64,000 nt of DNA. Origin: a candidate division WOR-3 bacterium. GTDB lineage: Bacteria; Hydrothermota; Tepidihabitantia; Tepidihabitantales; Tepidihabitantaceae. Shown here piece after piece: positions 29,956-40,004 of this stretch (position 1 is its first letter; the number at the start of each line of letters is the position of its first letter). A program made the translations under genes and the position numbers. Below the pieces are notes generated by a model. That model did no database searches, was not told where the DNA came from, and was given only the letters and a program-made list of their open reading frames with translations. The DNA lies in assembly GCA_037441285.1 (NCBI GenBank), contig JBBISL010000003.1, positions 1 through 64,000 on the forward strand, written 5' to 3'.

Positions 29956-30767
29956 ACAATCCATACCAGCCAATTCCAACCAAAATCCTGGATGTTATTG
30001 AAGAAACGCCGAACATAAGGACTCTTGTTTTGAAGCCCGAAAAGCAGATACCGTTTCTTGCCGGCCAGTTTGTTGAGTTGACCATACCCGGTTTTGGTGA
30101 GGCGCCGTTTACCCCGTCATCGTCCCATTTCGAGCGCGAGGTTCTTGAGATGACAATAATGCGGGTTGGCAGAGCCACCGGCGCGCTTTTTACCAAGAAG
30201 CCCGGAGATTTGCTGGGTATTCGGGGACCTTATGGCAAACCGTATCCTCTGAAGGAGTTTGAGGGCAGGGACATTTATATCGTGGGCGGTGGCGTTGGTC
30301 TGGCACCGTTACGGGCGCTCTTCCTTGCTTTGGTCCATGAGATAAATAAATATGGAAAAATCTTCCTCCGTTACGGTGCCCGGACACCGAAAGACATTGT
30401 CTATAAGAAACAGTTAAAGGAGTGGGAGAAGATAAAGAAGGTGGATATCGACCTGTCGGTGGACAGTGCGGATGAACCCTGGGAAAGGAAGGTTGGGGTG
30501 GTCACCTGTTTGATGGATGAAATCCCCTGCGATGTGAAAAAGAGCGTCGCGGTCGTATGCGGTCCACCGATAATGATGAAGTTTGTAACCAAGAAGTTGC
30601 TCGAAGCCGGTTTTCCGGGGAAGTCGATTTATCTTTCGATGGAGATGAATATGTCCTGTGGTCTGGGTCAGTGCGGACACTGTCGGCTTGGTCCCTATTT
30701 CACCTGCAAAGACGGTCCGGTTCTGACCTGGGAGCAGATAAAGGACATTGAGGAGCCTTTCCTGTGA
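29952..30767 (+). CDS. AsrB/sulfhydrogenase-gamma (HydG)-like FAD/NAD(P)-binding [2Fe-2S] subunit
   Basis: GQF, GEAPF, RGPYG, GGGVG, YGART, CGPPIMM, MSCGLGQCGHC, CKDGP. Confidence 0.9.
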   Translation: MNNPYQPIPTKILDVIEETPNIRTLVLKPEKQIPFLAGQFVELTIPGFGEAPFTPSSSHFEREVLEMTIMRVGRATGALFTKKPGDLLGIRGPYGKPYPLKEFEGRDIYIVGGGVGLAPLRALFLALVHEINKYGKIFLRYGARTPKDIVYKKQLKEWEKIKKVDIDLSVDSADEPWERKVGVVTCLMDEIPCDVKKSVAVVCGPPIMMKFVTKKLLEAGFPGKSIYLSMEMNMSCGLGQCGHCRLGPYFTCKDGPVLTWEQIKDIEEPFL

Positions 30768-32380
30768 TGAGCGAGGTTAAGCGTTCAACCTGTGTAATGT
30801 GCCGTAATGGTTGTCAACTGGGAATTGTGTTTGATGGGTATCAGTATCGAATGGAGTATTTGGCCGCTGTGGCGCCCAACAACGGACGAACCTGTCCCCG
30901 GGGTAACAGCGCAAATGTCGTAATTGACCATCCCAAGCGGCTCGGTTATCCGCTACTTGATGGTAAGGAAATTACCTGGGAAAAGGCGTTTGCGTTAATG
31001 AAAAACTGGCACGAGGCGGTGAAGCCCGAGGAGATTGCGGTTGTTTATAGCCGGGGTGCGGGTGCAGCAGACATCGGTTTAGTGCGGGGTTTTGCTGCGG
31101 CGCTGGGAACAGACAATCTCGTTTGTGGTTATCTGGAGCCGGACAATGCGTTCCGGTATCGGCTGGCTGGGGTTAAACCGGCAACACTTGATGATCTGGC
31201 AGCGAGCCGGGCGACCTTGCTTGTCGGCGATGTGTTCAGCACATCACCCGTGGCAGCGAAGGGGATAATTGAAGCCCGTTATGCCGATAAACAAAGCCGG
31301 ATGGTGGTGATTGACTCAATTAAAACCCGGCAGGCAGGTTTTGCACACATATTCATTCAACCCAAACCCGGCACCGAGTTTTTGGTTCTCGCGGGAATTG
31401 CCGGACTTATCGACCCCAAGTTGAAGGTTGATATTGATGGGGTTGCGACCAGAACCGGGGTACCGCGCCGCCAGATGGAAGAGGCGGCAAAGATTTTGAA
31501 GCCCGGGGTCAACGGTCTGGTTGCCGGTGCGGCAAGTTTGGGAAGGGTAAGCGAGCCTTACTGGCACTCAATCTTTGCTCAGATTTTAGCGCTGAAGGCG
31601 GAGAAGCCGTTTGTTGGTTTTGGTGAGGCACTGGTGCCGGATGGGAAGATGGGGTTTGGAAAGTTGCAGGAGTTGGTGGCGGCAGGCAGAATCAAACTCC
31701 TGTTCTGGTTTGGTGGGCTACATCCCTACAGTTATCCTGAGTTGTTCCCAGAGTTAAATCGGGTTGAGTTCCGGGTGGCAACGAGCATATTCCGTCCGGC
31801 AAAGCCGCTGCCCGGTTTGGTACTGCCGGTGCCCAGTGAATTTGAAAAGACGGGCAGGGGTGAAAGTGTTTGGGGTGAGGTGAAATTCGAACCGCTGGCG
31901 AAGCCGGTCAGTGGTACCAGGACGCTGGCGGATATTGTTAGCCAGTTTGGTGCAGTGAAGGAGATGGCTGGTGAATCTTACCAGCGTGTAAAACTGGAAG
32001 AGGTGACGGCCCAACTTCCTCAAGCGCTAAGTAAACATCTGGGTACCGCGGCCACAACCGAAGGGAATCTTTACTGGCTCTTGGGCAGAAAAGAGGCGAT
32101 TGGTGTGGGCGGTTTCTTTGAACCCGAGGACGAGATTATATTACATCCAGCCGATGCCCAGAAACTTGCGGTCCGGGAAGACGATTTTGTTAAGGTGAAA
32201 AGTAAGACCGGTGAGCGTCAATTCTGCGTCAAGGTTCTGCCGGTGGTTTCACCGGGAACAGCGACTGTTGGAGTCAATGCCCATCAAAACCGGGCGCTGT
32301 TTCCGGTCGAAGTTGACGCCGGGACAGGTGAGGCTAAAATTCCGCCAGCAAAGGTCGAGATATGGCGAGTGTCGGCGTGA
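30764..32380 (+). CDS. Molybdopterin-oxidoreductase-fold (FdhF/NuoG-like) subunit, probably non-catalytic
   Basis: N-terminal CVMCRNGC...CPRG [4Fe-4S]; KRL.YP; ITWEKA; VLPVPS.FEK.G; C-terminal LHPADA.KL....DD.VKV.S..G; no Cys/Sec-His at the Mo-ligand position. Confidence 0.78.
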   Translation: MMSEVKRSTCVMCRNGCQLGIVFDGYQYRMEYLAAVAPNNGRTCPRGNSANVVIDHPKRLGYPLLDGKEITWEKAFALMKNWHEAVKPEEIAVVYSRGAGAADIGLVRGFAAALGTDNLVCGYLEPDNAFRYRLAGVKPATLDDLAASRATLLVGDVFSTSPVAAKGIIEARYADKQSRMVVIDSIKTRQAGFAHIFIQPKPGTEFLVLAGIAGLIDPKLKVDIDGVATRTGVPRRQMEEAAKILKPGVNGLVAGAASLGRVSEPYWHSIFAQILALKAEKPFVGFGEALVPDGKMGFGKLQELVAAGRIKLLFWFGGLHPYSYPELFPELNRVEFRVATSIFRPAKPLPGLVLPVPSEFEKTGRGESVWGEVKFEPLAKPVSGTRTLADIVSQFGAVKEMAGESYQRVKLEEVTAQLPQALSKHLGTAATTEGNLYWLLGRKEAIGVGGFFEPEDEIILHPADAQKLAVREDDFVKVKSKTGERQFCVKVLPVVSPGTATVGVNAHQNRALFPVEVDAGTGEAKIPPAKVEIWRVSA

Positions 32381-32850
32381 AGATTAAGAAACGATTGGTC
32401 GTTCGTCTGGACTACTGCATTGGTTGTCGCGCCTGTGAGGCGGCGTGCCGGAGTCGGTTTAAAGGTGAAGCGCGCATTCGGTATGCACCGGTTGGCGAGA
32501 CGGTTTTAGTTCCCCTGCCCTGCCGGCATTGCGCCGAGCCTTTATGCGCCGCGGCTTGCCCGTTTGAGGTGATAAAGAAGGATGAGGAGCGCGGGATTGT
32601 CTATCAGTCCAGTGTGCACTGTGTTGGTTGCAAATCGTGCATCCTTGCCTGTCCTTTCGGGGTTCTGGACAAGGATTTGTTGCGCCGCATCGCGCAGAAA
32701 TGCAATCTTTGTGAAGACCGGGAAGGTGGACCAAGGTGTGCGGCTTCCTGTCCCACCGGCGCGTTACAGTTTGTTGATGAAGAGGAGATGAAAGAGTTGA
32801 TGGTGGGTAAGCGGGTTCTTTCCCGGCTGCCATTCTGGAGGCGGGTGTGA
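32362..32850 (+). CDS. 4x[4Fe-4S] electron-transfer subunit (HycB/CooF/FdhB-type)
   Basis: CIGCRACEAAC, CRHC..P.CAAACP, CVGCKSCILACP, KCNLC..PRCAASCP. Confidence 0.9.
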   Translation: MASVGVKIKKRLVVRLDYCIGCRACEAACRSRFKGEARIRYAPVGETVLVPLPCRHCAEPLCAAACPFEVIKKDEERGIVYQSSVHCVGCKSCILACPFGVLDKDLLRRIAQKCNLCEDREGGPRCAASCPTGALQFVDEEEMKELMVGKRVLSRLPFWRRV

Positions 32851-33803
32851 GTTCCTTTTTGTCGGGATGGCGGCTGGTGATAGCGTTCATCGGAACCCTG
32901 ATTGTTGTACCGGTTGCCGGGCTGATTTTGAACTGGGTTGACCGGTTTGTTTCGGCGCGGGTGCAGTGGCGGAAGGGTCCGCCCTTTTATCAGCCATTTG
33001 CCGACATTCTGAAACTGCTGTTAAAACAGACCATAGTTCCTCAGGGTGCTTCCCGAACGGTGTTTCTACTGGCGCCGCTGGTGGGCATAGCCGGGATGAG
33101 TCTGGTGGCGGTGCTTCTTTTCTTCAGCAACTCCGGTCTGGTGGTGGCGCAGAAAACATCGTTTATCGGTGACATCATCGTGCTTTTATACCTCCTGGCG
33201 CTGGTTCCGCTCAGTTTTATCGTTGGTGCCTCGGCATCACGCAACCCGGTGGCGGCGGTAGGTGCTTCGCGCGAGATGACTCTATATCTTGGTTACGAAC
33301 TGCCATTTGTTCTGGCGCTCCTTGTGCCAATTGTTAAAGTCGCGCAGCACTGGGATGTAACGAGTGCTTTAAGAATTGGCGGACTGGTAGCCTATCAACA
33401 GCAGTTTGGGCCCTTTTTGTATTCGGTTTCCGGGGTAATCGCGGGGCTGATTATCCTGTTTACGATTCAGGCAAAACTGGGTTATGTGCCATTTGACATT
33501 CCTGAGGCGGAACAGGAGATAATGTCCGGTGTTCTGGTGGAGTATTCGGGTGCGCCCCTTGCGGCATTTCGCATCACCCGGGCGATGATGTTTGTCCTGA
33601 TGCCGCTGCTCTTAATCACGGTGCTCTGGGGTGGCATTACCGACTGGTGGGCAATTTTGAAGTTTCTCTTGATTGTGGTTCTGGTGGTGTTGATGAAGAA
33701 CACCAACCCCCGGCTCAGGATTGACCAGGCGCTCGGGTTTTTCTGGTTTATTCTGGCGCCACTGGGTATAATTGCGGTGGTATTAGCATTTATTGGCTTA
33801 TGA
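32847..33803 (+). CDS. NuoH/MbhM/HycD-like membrane subunit
   Basis: DR..SARVQWRKGPP..QPFAD..KLL.K; PFDIPEAEQE..SG...EYSG; PRLRIDQ. Confidence 0.93.
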   Translation: MSSFLSGWRLVIAFIGTLIVVPVAGLILNWVDRFVSARVQWRKGPPFYQPFADILKLLLKQTIVPQGASRTVFLLAPLVGIAGMSLVAVLLFFSNSGLVVAQKTSFIGDIIVLLYLLALVPLSFIVGASASRNPVAAVGASREMTLYLGYELPFVLALLVPIVKVAQHWDVTSALRIGGLVAYQQQFGPFLYSVSGVIAGLIILFTIQAKLGYVPFDIPEAEQEIMSGVLVEYSGAPLAAFRITRAMMFVLMPLLLITVLWGGITDWWAILKFLLIVVLVVLMKNTNPRLRIDQALGFFWFILAPLGIIAVVLAFIGL

Positions 33804-34216
33804 AAGACTTAAGACTCTGGGGACTTAAAAAATCACCTTGGGTTTACCATTTGGCGGCGGCGTCGTGCAACAACTGCGATATTGAGATACTGGAACTTTT
33901 GACACCACGCTACGATGTCGAGCGGTTCGGGGTTGTTCTGGTTGGTTCACCCCGGCATGCGGATGCGCTACTTGTTACCGGGGTCATCAACCGGAAGTCT
34001 TTGCCCCGGGTGCTTGAGGTTTATGAACAGACGCCCAAGCCCTGTCTGGTGATTGCGATTGGTACCTGTGCGTGTAACTGCCACATCTTCCGGAACTCGT
34101 ACAATGCGGTGGGACCTTATGACAAACACATTCCGGTTCACGCCTACATTCCGGGCTGTCCACCAAAACCCGAGGCGATGATAATGGGTGTGGTAAAGGC
34201 GTTGAGTAAACTATGA
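33800..34216 (+). CDS. Group 4 hydrogenase small subunit (MbhJ/NuoB-like)
   Basis: SCNNCDIE, SPRHAD.LLVTG, IGTC, YIPGCPPKPE. Confidence 0.93.
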   Translation: MKDLRLWGLKKSPWVYHLAAASCNNCDIEILELLTPRYDVERFGVVLVGSPRHADALLVTGVINRKSLPRVLEVYEQTPKPCLVIAIGTCACNCHIFRNSYNAVGPYDKHIPVHAYIPGCPPKPEAMIMGVVKALSKL

Positions 34217-34665
34217 GCGAATCACTCCGAATGTTTCAAGAGCGGTTCCCTGACACCAAAGTGTTTGAGAAAAATCCGCGGCGTTTGTACCTGACAATTC
34301 CCCGGGAAAAACTGACCGCGGCGGCAAGGTTTCTCCACGCGGAGCGGGGGATGAGGCTCTCAATCGCCACCGGTATCGACACCCGGGACGGTTTTGAGGT
34401 GTTGTACCACTTTTCGGAAGACACAACCGGTATCATTTATACAATAAAGGTGTTTGCGCCCAAAGACGACCCGCGGATTGAGGCTCAGGGCAGCTGGTTT
34501 CCCGCGGCGCAATGGATTGAGCGCGAGATGCATGAACTTTTGGGGATTGAGTTCATTGGACACCCGAACCCGGCACCGCTTCTCACTTCGGACACCGATT
34601 GGGAACCGGGGCGCTTCCCATTGCGCCGGGATTATGAACGGAGGAATGAAGCCCATGAGCGGTGA
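34213..34665 (+). CDS. NuoC/MbhK-like subunit
   Basis: ATGID...FEVLYHF; A.WIEREMHELLGIEF.GHP; PLRRD. Confidence 0.9.
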   Translation: MSESLRMFQERFPDTKVFEKNPRRLYLTIPREKLTAAARFLHAERGMRLSIATGIDTRDGFEVLYHFSEDTTGIIYTIKVFAPKDDPRIEAQGSWFPAAQWIEREMHELLGIEFIGHPNPAPLLTSDTDWEPGRFPLRRDYERRNEAHER

Positions 34666-35845
34666 GCAAAAGCAGCGGCGTATTGTCCCGATTGGTCCTT
34701 ATCATCCATTGCAGGAGGAGCCGGAGTTTTTCAAACTGATTGTTGAAGGTGAGACGGTGGTTGACCTCGAAATTCACATTGGCTACAACCATCGGGGTCA
34801 TGAGTTTATTTCACCGGAGTTGACCTATGACCAGGTGCCGTTTCTCGTAGAAAGAATTTGCGGCATCTGTTCCGATTCGCACCCCTTAGCCGCGGTGCTG
34901 GCGATTGAAGACTGTGCCGGGATTAAACCGCCACCCCGGGCAAACTACATCCGCAGTATCATTCATGAACTGGAGCGGATTCACTCCCACTTACTCTGGG
35001 TCGGTCTTGCGGGCCATTTTATCGGGTACAACACGGTCTGGATGTGGGCGTGGCGTTACCGGGAGCACATCCTTGAGGTTTTTGAGATGATTACCGGTAA
35101 CCGGAACCATTATGGTGCCCATAAACCGGGTGGTGTGCGCTGGGACATCAAACCGGAGCAGATTCCCCAGATTGAGGCGGTCCTTGATGTGGTGGAGAAG
35201 AAGACGATGATGCTTACCAAGGCGGTGCTTGACGACCCGGTAATTCGTGCCCGTCTTGAAGGGGTGGGGATTTTGACAAAGGAGCAGGCGCTTGCCTGGT
35301 CGGTGGTTGGACCAACCGCCCGTGCTTCGGGTGTGGACATTGATGTCCGGCGTGACGACCCCCATGCTGCCTATGACCAGGTCCCCTGGGATGTGATTGT
35401 TTTGCCCGAAGGTGATGTGTTTGCCAAGGCAAAGGTACGGCTTCTTGAAATCTTTGAGTCGGTTAAAATCATTCGTGGCTGTTTGAAGAATTTACCGGAT
35501 GGACCAATTGATATTAGGATTGATGAGGTCCCGGCCGGTGAAGGGATTGGCAGAACCGAGGCGCCACGGGGCGAGGTTTTCCACTACATCCGCTCGGATG
35601 GCAGCAATCGGCCCTTGCGCCATAAGATTCGGGCACCAAGTTATATGAACATCGCTTCCAATGTTGTGGCGGTCCGGGGTGGTTCAATTGCGGATGCGGC
35701 GCTCACTCTGGCAGCGGTTGACCCCTGTTACTGTTGCACCGAAAGAATGGCGGCGTTTGAGGATGGGAAACTGAAATTTACCGGCAATGAGTTGTTACGG
35801 CTTTCCTGGGAGAAGACCGAGAAAGTAAGGGAGCGATTCAAATGA
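34655..35845 (+). CDS. Group 4 [NiFe]-hydrogenase large subunit (MbhL-like)
   Basis: PIGPYHP..EEP, GYNHRG.E, L1 RICGICSDSH, EAPRGE, L2 DPCYCCTER followed by a ~32-aa extension; ATG 34655 follows GGAGG. Confidence 0.94.
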   Translation: MSGEQKQRRIVPIGPYHPLQEEPEFFKLIVEGETVVDLEIHIGYNHRGHEFISPELTYDQVPFLVERICGICSDSHPLAAVLAIEDCAGIKPPPRANYIRSIIHELERIHSHLLWVGLAGHFIGYNTVWMWAWRYREHILEVFEMITGNRNHYGAHKPGGVRWDIKPEQIPQIEAVLDVVEKKTMMLTKAVLDDPVIRARLEGVGILTKEQALAWSVVGPTARASGVDIDVRRDDPHAAYDQVPWDVIVLPEGDVFAKAKVRLLEIFESVKIIRGCLKNLPDGPIDIRIDEVPAGEGIGRTEAPRGEVFHYIRSDGSNRPLRHKIRAPSYMNIASNVVAVRGGSIADAALTLAAVDPCYCCTERMAAFEDGKLKFTGNELLRLSWEKTEKVRERFK

Positions 35846-37089
35846 ACTTCGGTTCCTGGACCAGTTACGCAACCGGACCGGTCGAGATATTCCTCGCTCT
35901 GGTCTTCGGGTTTATCGGGCTGATGACGATTTTGTATTCGTTCGCCCGGGTGCGGGGCGGTAAAGGGCAAATCGCCGAATACTACATATTTTTCCTTGTG
36001 CTTTTAGGCGCAGCACTGGGTGTGGTATTTGCCGGTAACCTGCTCCTGCTGTATGTGTTCTGGGAACTGGCAACGGTGGCACTCTGGCGGTTGGTGAGTT
36101 ATTTCCGCAAGGAGGAGAGTGTTTTTGCCGGTGCCTGGGCGCTGTACCTCAACTTTGTTGCTGCCGCGGTGATGCTCGTTGGTTTGGTTTTGATACAACT
36201 GGAACAGGGGACACTGGACCTTGCCGCGCTCGCCGGGAAACCGCTGCCCCTGTTTCCGGCGATTCTTATCCTGGTTGGTATTGTTGCCAAGTCGGCAACG
36301 CTGCCGCTTTACATCTGGTTACCCCGGGCTTATCAACAGGCACCAGCCGCGGTTTGCGCCCTGCTTTCCGGTGTGGCAGAAAACCTGGGACTGGTTCTGT
36401 TCTTGAAACTTTATGTTTTGACAATGCAGGTGCCAAAACCGCTTTTCCTGGCGGTAGCGATTGTTGCGGTCGCTTCCAGTTTAATCGCGGGCGGTGTCGC
36501 GCTGAATGTCAAGACCATCCGCGAGACCTTGGCGTACTCAACCGTGGGTCAGATGGGTTTTGTTCTACTCGGATTAGCCAGTGCTGGTTATTACGGTTTG
36601 ATGGGTGCGATGCTTTACATTATGGCGCATGCGATTGCGAAGTCGGGAATCTTTTTCGCTGCCGGGGTGGTTGAAGATGTGAGCGGTTCAGGAGACCTGT
36701 CCCGGCTTGGCGGTTTTGCCCGCAACTCGCCGGTGCTTGCCGGTGCCACTGCGGTGCTGGTGCTTTCGGTGATGGGGTTACCACCAACCTTAGGATTTTT
36801 TGCCAAACTGGGTGTGGTTCTTGGTGCGGTGCGGAGCTCAATTTTGCTCGGCATTGGCGCGCTGGTTGCGGCGCTGTTCACCATTCTTTATTTAAGCCGG
36901 TTCTATTCCCGAATATTTCTTGGTGCGAGCCCGAATGGTTATAATAAGGTTCCCGGTTTTGTGGTATTTTTGGTTGTGGTGATGGCGGTGGCAACCGTTT
37001 TAGCCGGTGTTTGCTGGTTTGTGCCGGTCCGGTTTCTTGAAGCGGGGCTTAGCGGTTTAGGGATGACAATGTTAGGTGGAGGCTGGTGA
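35842..37089 (+). CDS. MrpD/NuoL/M/N-type antiporter-like subunit 1
   Basis: FWEL, KSA.LPL.IWLP.AY..APAAV.ALLSG, LAYSTVGQMG, HAIAK, LPPT.GF.AK. Confidence 0.88.
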   Translation: MNFGSWTSYATGPVEIFLALVFGFIGLMTILYSFARVRGGKGQIAEYYIFFLVLLGAALGVVFAGNLLLLYVFWELATVALWRLVSYFRKEESVFAGAWALYLNFVAAAVMLVGLVLIQLEQGTLDLAALAGKPLPLFPAILILVGIVAKSATLPLYIWLPRAYQQAPAAVCALLSGVAENLGLVLFLKLYVLTMQVPKPLFLAVAIVAVASSLIAGGVALNVKTIRETLAYSTVGQMGFVLLGLASAGYYGLMGAMLYIMAHAIAKSGIFFAAGVVEDVSGSGDLSRLGGFARNSPVLAGATAVLVLSVMGLPPTLGFFAKLGVVLGAVRSSILLGIGALVAALFTILYLSRFYSRIFLGASPNGYNKVPGFVVFLVVVMAVATVLAGVCWFVPVRFLEAGLSGLGMTMLGGGW

Positions 37090-39011
37090 TGTTGGCGCAC
37101 TCTTTTGTGTTAATCATCGTTGCCCCGATTGCGGCAGGAGTTTTAGGCTATCTGGTTGGCAGGTTACGCAATGAGTTCAGTTTTATTGGCGTCCTCGCCT
37201 CACTTTACTACGCCATCCGGTTATTTCTGGTTCGGGGCAGCGAGCAGGTGTTAAATCTTGGTAAGGTTGCCGGGGTTCCGATTGCTTTGCGCCTTGACCC
37301 GTTGTCCGGTTTTGTTCTCCTTTTTGTCAGCGTCTTCACCGCGCTCATCGTATTTTACTCCTTCCGCTATATGCGGGGCCGGGAAGGGACCAGAGGTTAC
37401 TACCTGTACTGCCTTTTGATTCTCGGTTTTGCCAACGGTGTGGTGTTGAGCGCCAACCTCGCGGTTCTGTTCTTCTTCTGGGGTGCATTGCTCTTTGTCC
37501 TTTACGGCATTCTTTTGATTGGCAAAGGCGACACCTTCCTTACCGCGCGCAAGGCGCTGGTCATTGTCGGGCTTTCCGACTTTGCGATGCTTTTAGGCGT
37601 GGTTCTTTTATTGAGCCGGACATTCATTGCCGGTGGCTGGATTGACCTGGCGCCCAAGGTGCCTCTGCCGCTTTACGACCCGATAGTACTCGCCGGCTTT
37701 TTGCTTGTGACCGCGGGTGCCCTTGCCAAAGCCGGGGCGATGCCTTTGCACACCTGGATTCCGCAGGCAGCCGATACCGCACCGGCGCCGGTGATGGCAC
37801 TGATTCCGTCATCACTTGACAAACTCCTCGGGATTTACCTTTTGACCCGGCTCTGTGTTTCGATGTTTGACATCTCAAGCAATATGGTGCTCAGGAATAT
37901 TCTGATGGCGATTGGTGCTTTGACGATTATCGCGGCGGTGATGATGGCGCTCGTTCAGAAGCGGATGATGAAACTCCTGTCATTTTCTACGGTCTCCCAG
38001 GTTGGTTATATGGTGCTTGGGATTGGTACCGGGATTCCGGTAGGTATTGCCGGTGGCCTTTTCCATATGCTCAACCACGCGATATACAAAACCGGACTTT
38101 TCCTTGCCGGTGGTTCGGTGGAACACTGGGCAAAGACCGATGAACTGGAAAAACTGGGTGGCGTGGCAAAGCAGATGCCATTGACCTTTATCTCGTTCTT
38201 CATCTGTGCCCTGGCGATTGCGGGCGTGCCGCCGCTCAACGGGTTTTTCTCAAAGTGGATGGTTTATCAGGGGGTTTTAACCGTGGGAAATGAAGGAAAC
38301 CGGCTGTTCCCCATCTTCCTCGTTGCGGCGATGCTGGGCAGTGTCTTGACCCTGGCGTCATTTTTGAAGATGCTCCATGCCCTGTTCTTTGGTCAGCGTC
38401 CGGCGAATCTGGAGCGGGTGCGTGAGGTGAGTATGACGATGTGGCTACCGCCTTTCCTGCTGGCGCTTGCCTGCGTGGTTTTCGGCGTGTTTGCCTATTC
38501 AGTCCCGCTCTCCGGTCTGATTTTACCCGGGCTCAGGTTTTACGATGTTACACTTTACGGAGTCTGGAGTCCGATTTTAGCAACCCTCTTGTTGATTGCC
38601 GCACTCGGTTTTGGCGCCATTTTGTACCTTTTGGGTACCGCAGCCCGACCGGTGCCGGGCAAGACCTTTTTCGGCGGCGAGAAGATTGCGGATGAAGAGG
38701 AGAGCCGGGTGCCCGGGACCGCATTTTACTCATCGGTGAAGCATATGCCCCTGATTGGCGATATGCTCGTCTTTGGGGAACGGGGCGCATTTGACCTTTA
38801 CAACTGGCTGGTGGGGATTTTCAAGGTGGTTGGTGCCGGTCTGCGCGAAGGTGTTGACCGGGTACTTGAGGCGCTGGCAGAGTTCATCGGTAAACTGGTG
38901 TACTACTTCGGTCTCGGTCTGTCAAAAATTCATACCGGTAATCTACCGCTTTATCTATCCTGGGTGTTTTTAGGCGCGGTGATATTCTATTTACTGCTGT
39001 TTTTGAGGTAA
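37086..39011 (+). CDS. MrpA/NuoL/HyfB-type antiporter-like subunit 2 with C-terminal helix
   Basis: KAG.MPLHTWIP, LSFSTVSQVGY, HMLNHAIYK, GVPPLNGFFSKW, C-terminal HTGNL..Y. Confidence 0.9.
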   Translation: MMLAHSFVLIIVAPIAAGVLGYLVGRLRNEFSFIGVLASLYYAIRLFLVRGSEQVLNLGKVAGVPIALRLDPLSGFVLLFVSVFTALIVFYSFRYMRGREGTRGYYLYCLLILGFANGVVLSANLAVLFFFWGALLFVLYGILLIGKGDTFLTARKALVIVGLSDFAMLLGVVLLLSRTFIAGGWIDLAPKVPLPLYDPIVLAGFLLVTAGALAKAGAMPLHTWIPQAADTAPAPVMALIPSSLDKLLGIYLLTRLCVSMFDISSNMVLRNILMAIGALTIIAAVMMALVQKRMMKLLSFSTVSQVGYMVLGIGTGIPVGIAGGLFHMLNHAIYKTGLFLAGGSVEHWAKTDELEKLGGVAKQMPLTFISFFICALAIAGVPPLNGFFSKWMVYQGVLTVGNEGNRLFPIFLVAAMLGSVLTLASFLKMLHALFFGQRPANLERVREVSMTMWLPPFLLALACVVFGVFAYSVPLSGLILPGLRFYDVTLYGVWSPILATLLLIAALGFGAILYLLGTAARPVPGKTFFGGEKIADEEESRVPGTAFYSSVKHMPLIGDMLVFGERGAFDLYNWLVGIFKVVGAGLREGVDRVLEALAEFIGKLVYYFGLGLSKIHTGNLPLYLSWVFLGAVIFYLLLFLR

Positions 39012-39014
39012 AAG

Positions 39015-39560
39015 ATGATTGAACTTTACATCCTTTTAGGAGTGATGCTGGCAGCGGCGCTGGTTGCCAGCGAGACCAAGAATTTGCTGGCGGCAGCGGT
39101 GGCGCTGGGTCTGGTCGGGTTCAGCGTTGCGATTATGTTCATTTTAGCCCAGGCGCCCGATTTGGCGATTGTCCAGATTGTGGTTGAGACCTTAACGGTT
39201 GTGTTCTTTACCGCGGTGATTCTGCGCACGACTGAGATTGATACAACGGCGACCAGCGGGTTAAAGATGGAGACCGCAATGTTTATCGCCGCATTTCTTG
39301 CCTTTGGCGGGTTATTCCTGTCGCTCATTATCGGCGTGTTCCGGGAGTTGCCCACCTTTGGTCAGCCCTTGATGCGGCTGGCAACCGACTACATCCAGTT
39401 TGGTCTGGAGCGGACCGGAGCGGCGAACATCGTTGCGGCAATCATTCTCGATTTCCGGGGTTATGATACATTAGGTGAGGCGACAGTCTTGTTCACCGCG
39501 GTGGTCGGGGTTTTGACGGTGATGCGATTTGTCACCAAGAAAAAGCCGGGGGGAAGTTAG
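39015..39560 (+). CDS. MbhD+MbhE-like fusion (DUF4040 / MrpA C-terminal part)
   Basis: QAPDLAIVQ..VE; GAANIVAAIILDFRGYDTLGEATVL. Confidence 0.88.
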   Translation: MIELYILLGVMLAAALVASETKNLLAAAVALGLVGFSVAIMFILAQAPDLAIVQIVVETLTVVFFTAVILRTTEIDTTATSGLKMETAMFIAAFLAFGGLFLSLIIGVFRELPTFGQPLMRLATDYIQFGLERTGAANIVAAIILDFRGYDTLGEATVLFTAVVGVLTVMRFVTKKKPGGS

Positions 39561-39561
39561 T

Positions 39562-40002
39562 ATGCGCGGGATGTCTTTGATTGTTCAGGTGATGGCAGGA
39601 CTGCTCGCCGGAATGGTCTTCCTCTACGGTGGCTACATAATCCTTCATGGCCATTTAACACCCGGCGGCGGTTTTGCCGGTGGGGTTTTGGTTGCCGCGG
39701 CGTTGATTCTCCTTTCGCTGGCATACGGTTCGGTTGAGCAGGTGGAGAAGCGGCGCTACATCTTCTCTTCGGTGTTTGAAAGTTTGGGCGGCGTTTTCTT
39801 CCTTGCGCTGGCACTCGTCGGTTACTTTGCCGCGGACTGCTTTTTCCGTAATACGGGCGTGTTTTATTTAGGCAAGCCCCTGCAACTGGTCTCCGGTGGT
39901 TTGATTCCGCTGGCAAACATCGCTATCGGCGTAAAGGTCGGCGCCGGACTCTTTGCCGTCTTTCTGGCGCTGGGTGCCTCAAGGTTTGTGATGAAGGAGT
40001 AG
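39562..40002 (+). CDS. MnhB/MbhF subunit
   Basis: HGHLTPGGGFAGG; SGG.IP..NI.IG.KV. Confidence 0.9.
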   Translation: MRGMSLIVQVMAGLLAGMVFLYGGYIILHGHLTPGGGFAGGVLVAAALILLSLAYGSVEQVEKRRYIFSSVFESLGGVFFLALALVGYFAADCFFRNTGVFYLGKPLQLVSGGLIPLANIAIGVKVGAGLFAVFLALGASRFVMKE

Positions 40003-40004
40003 AG

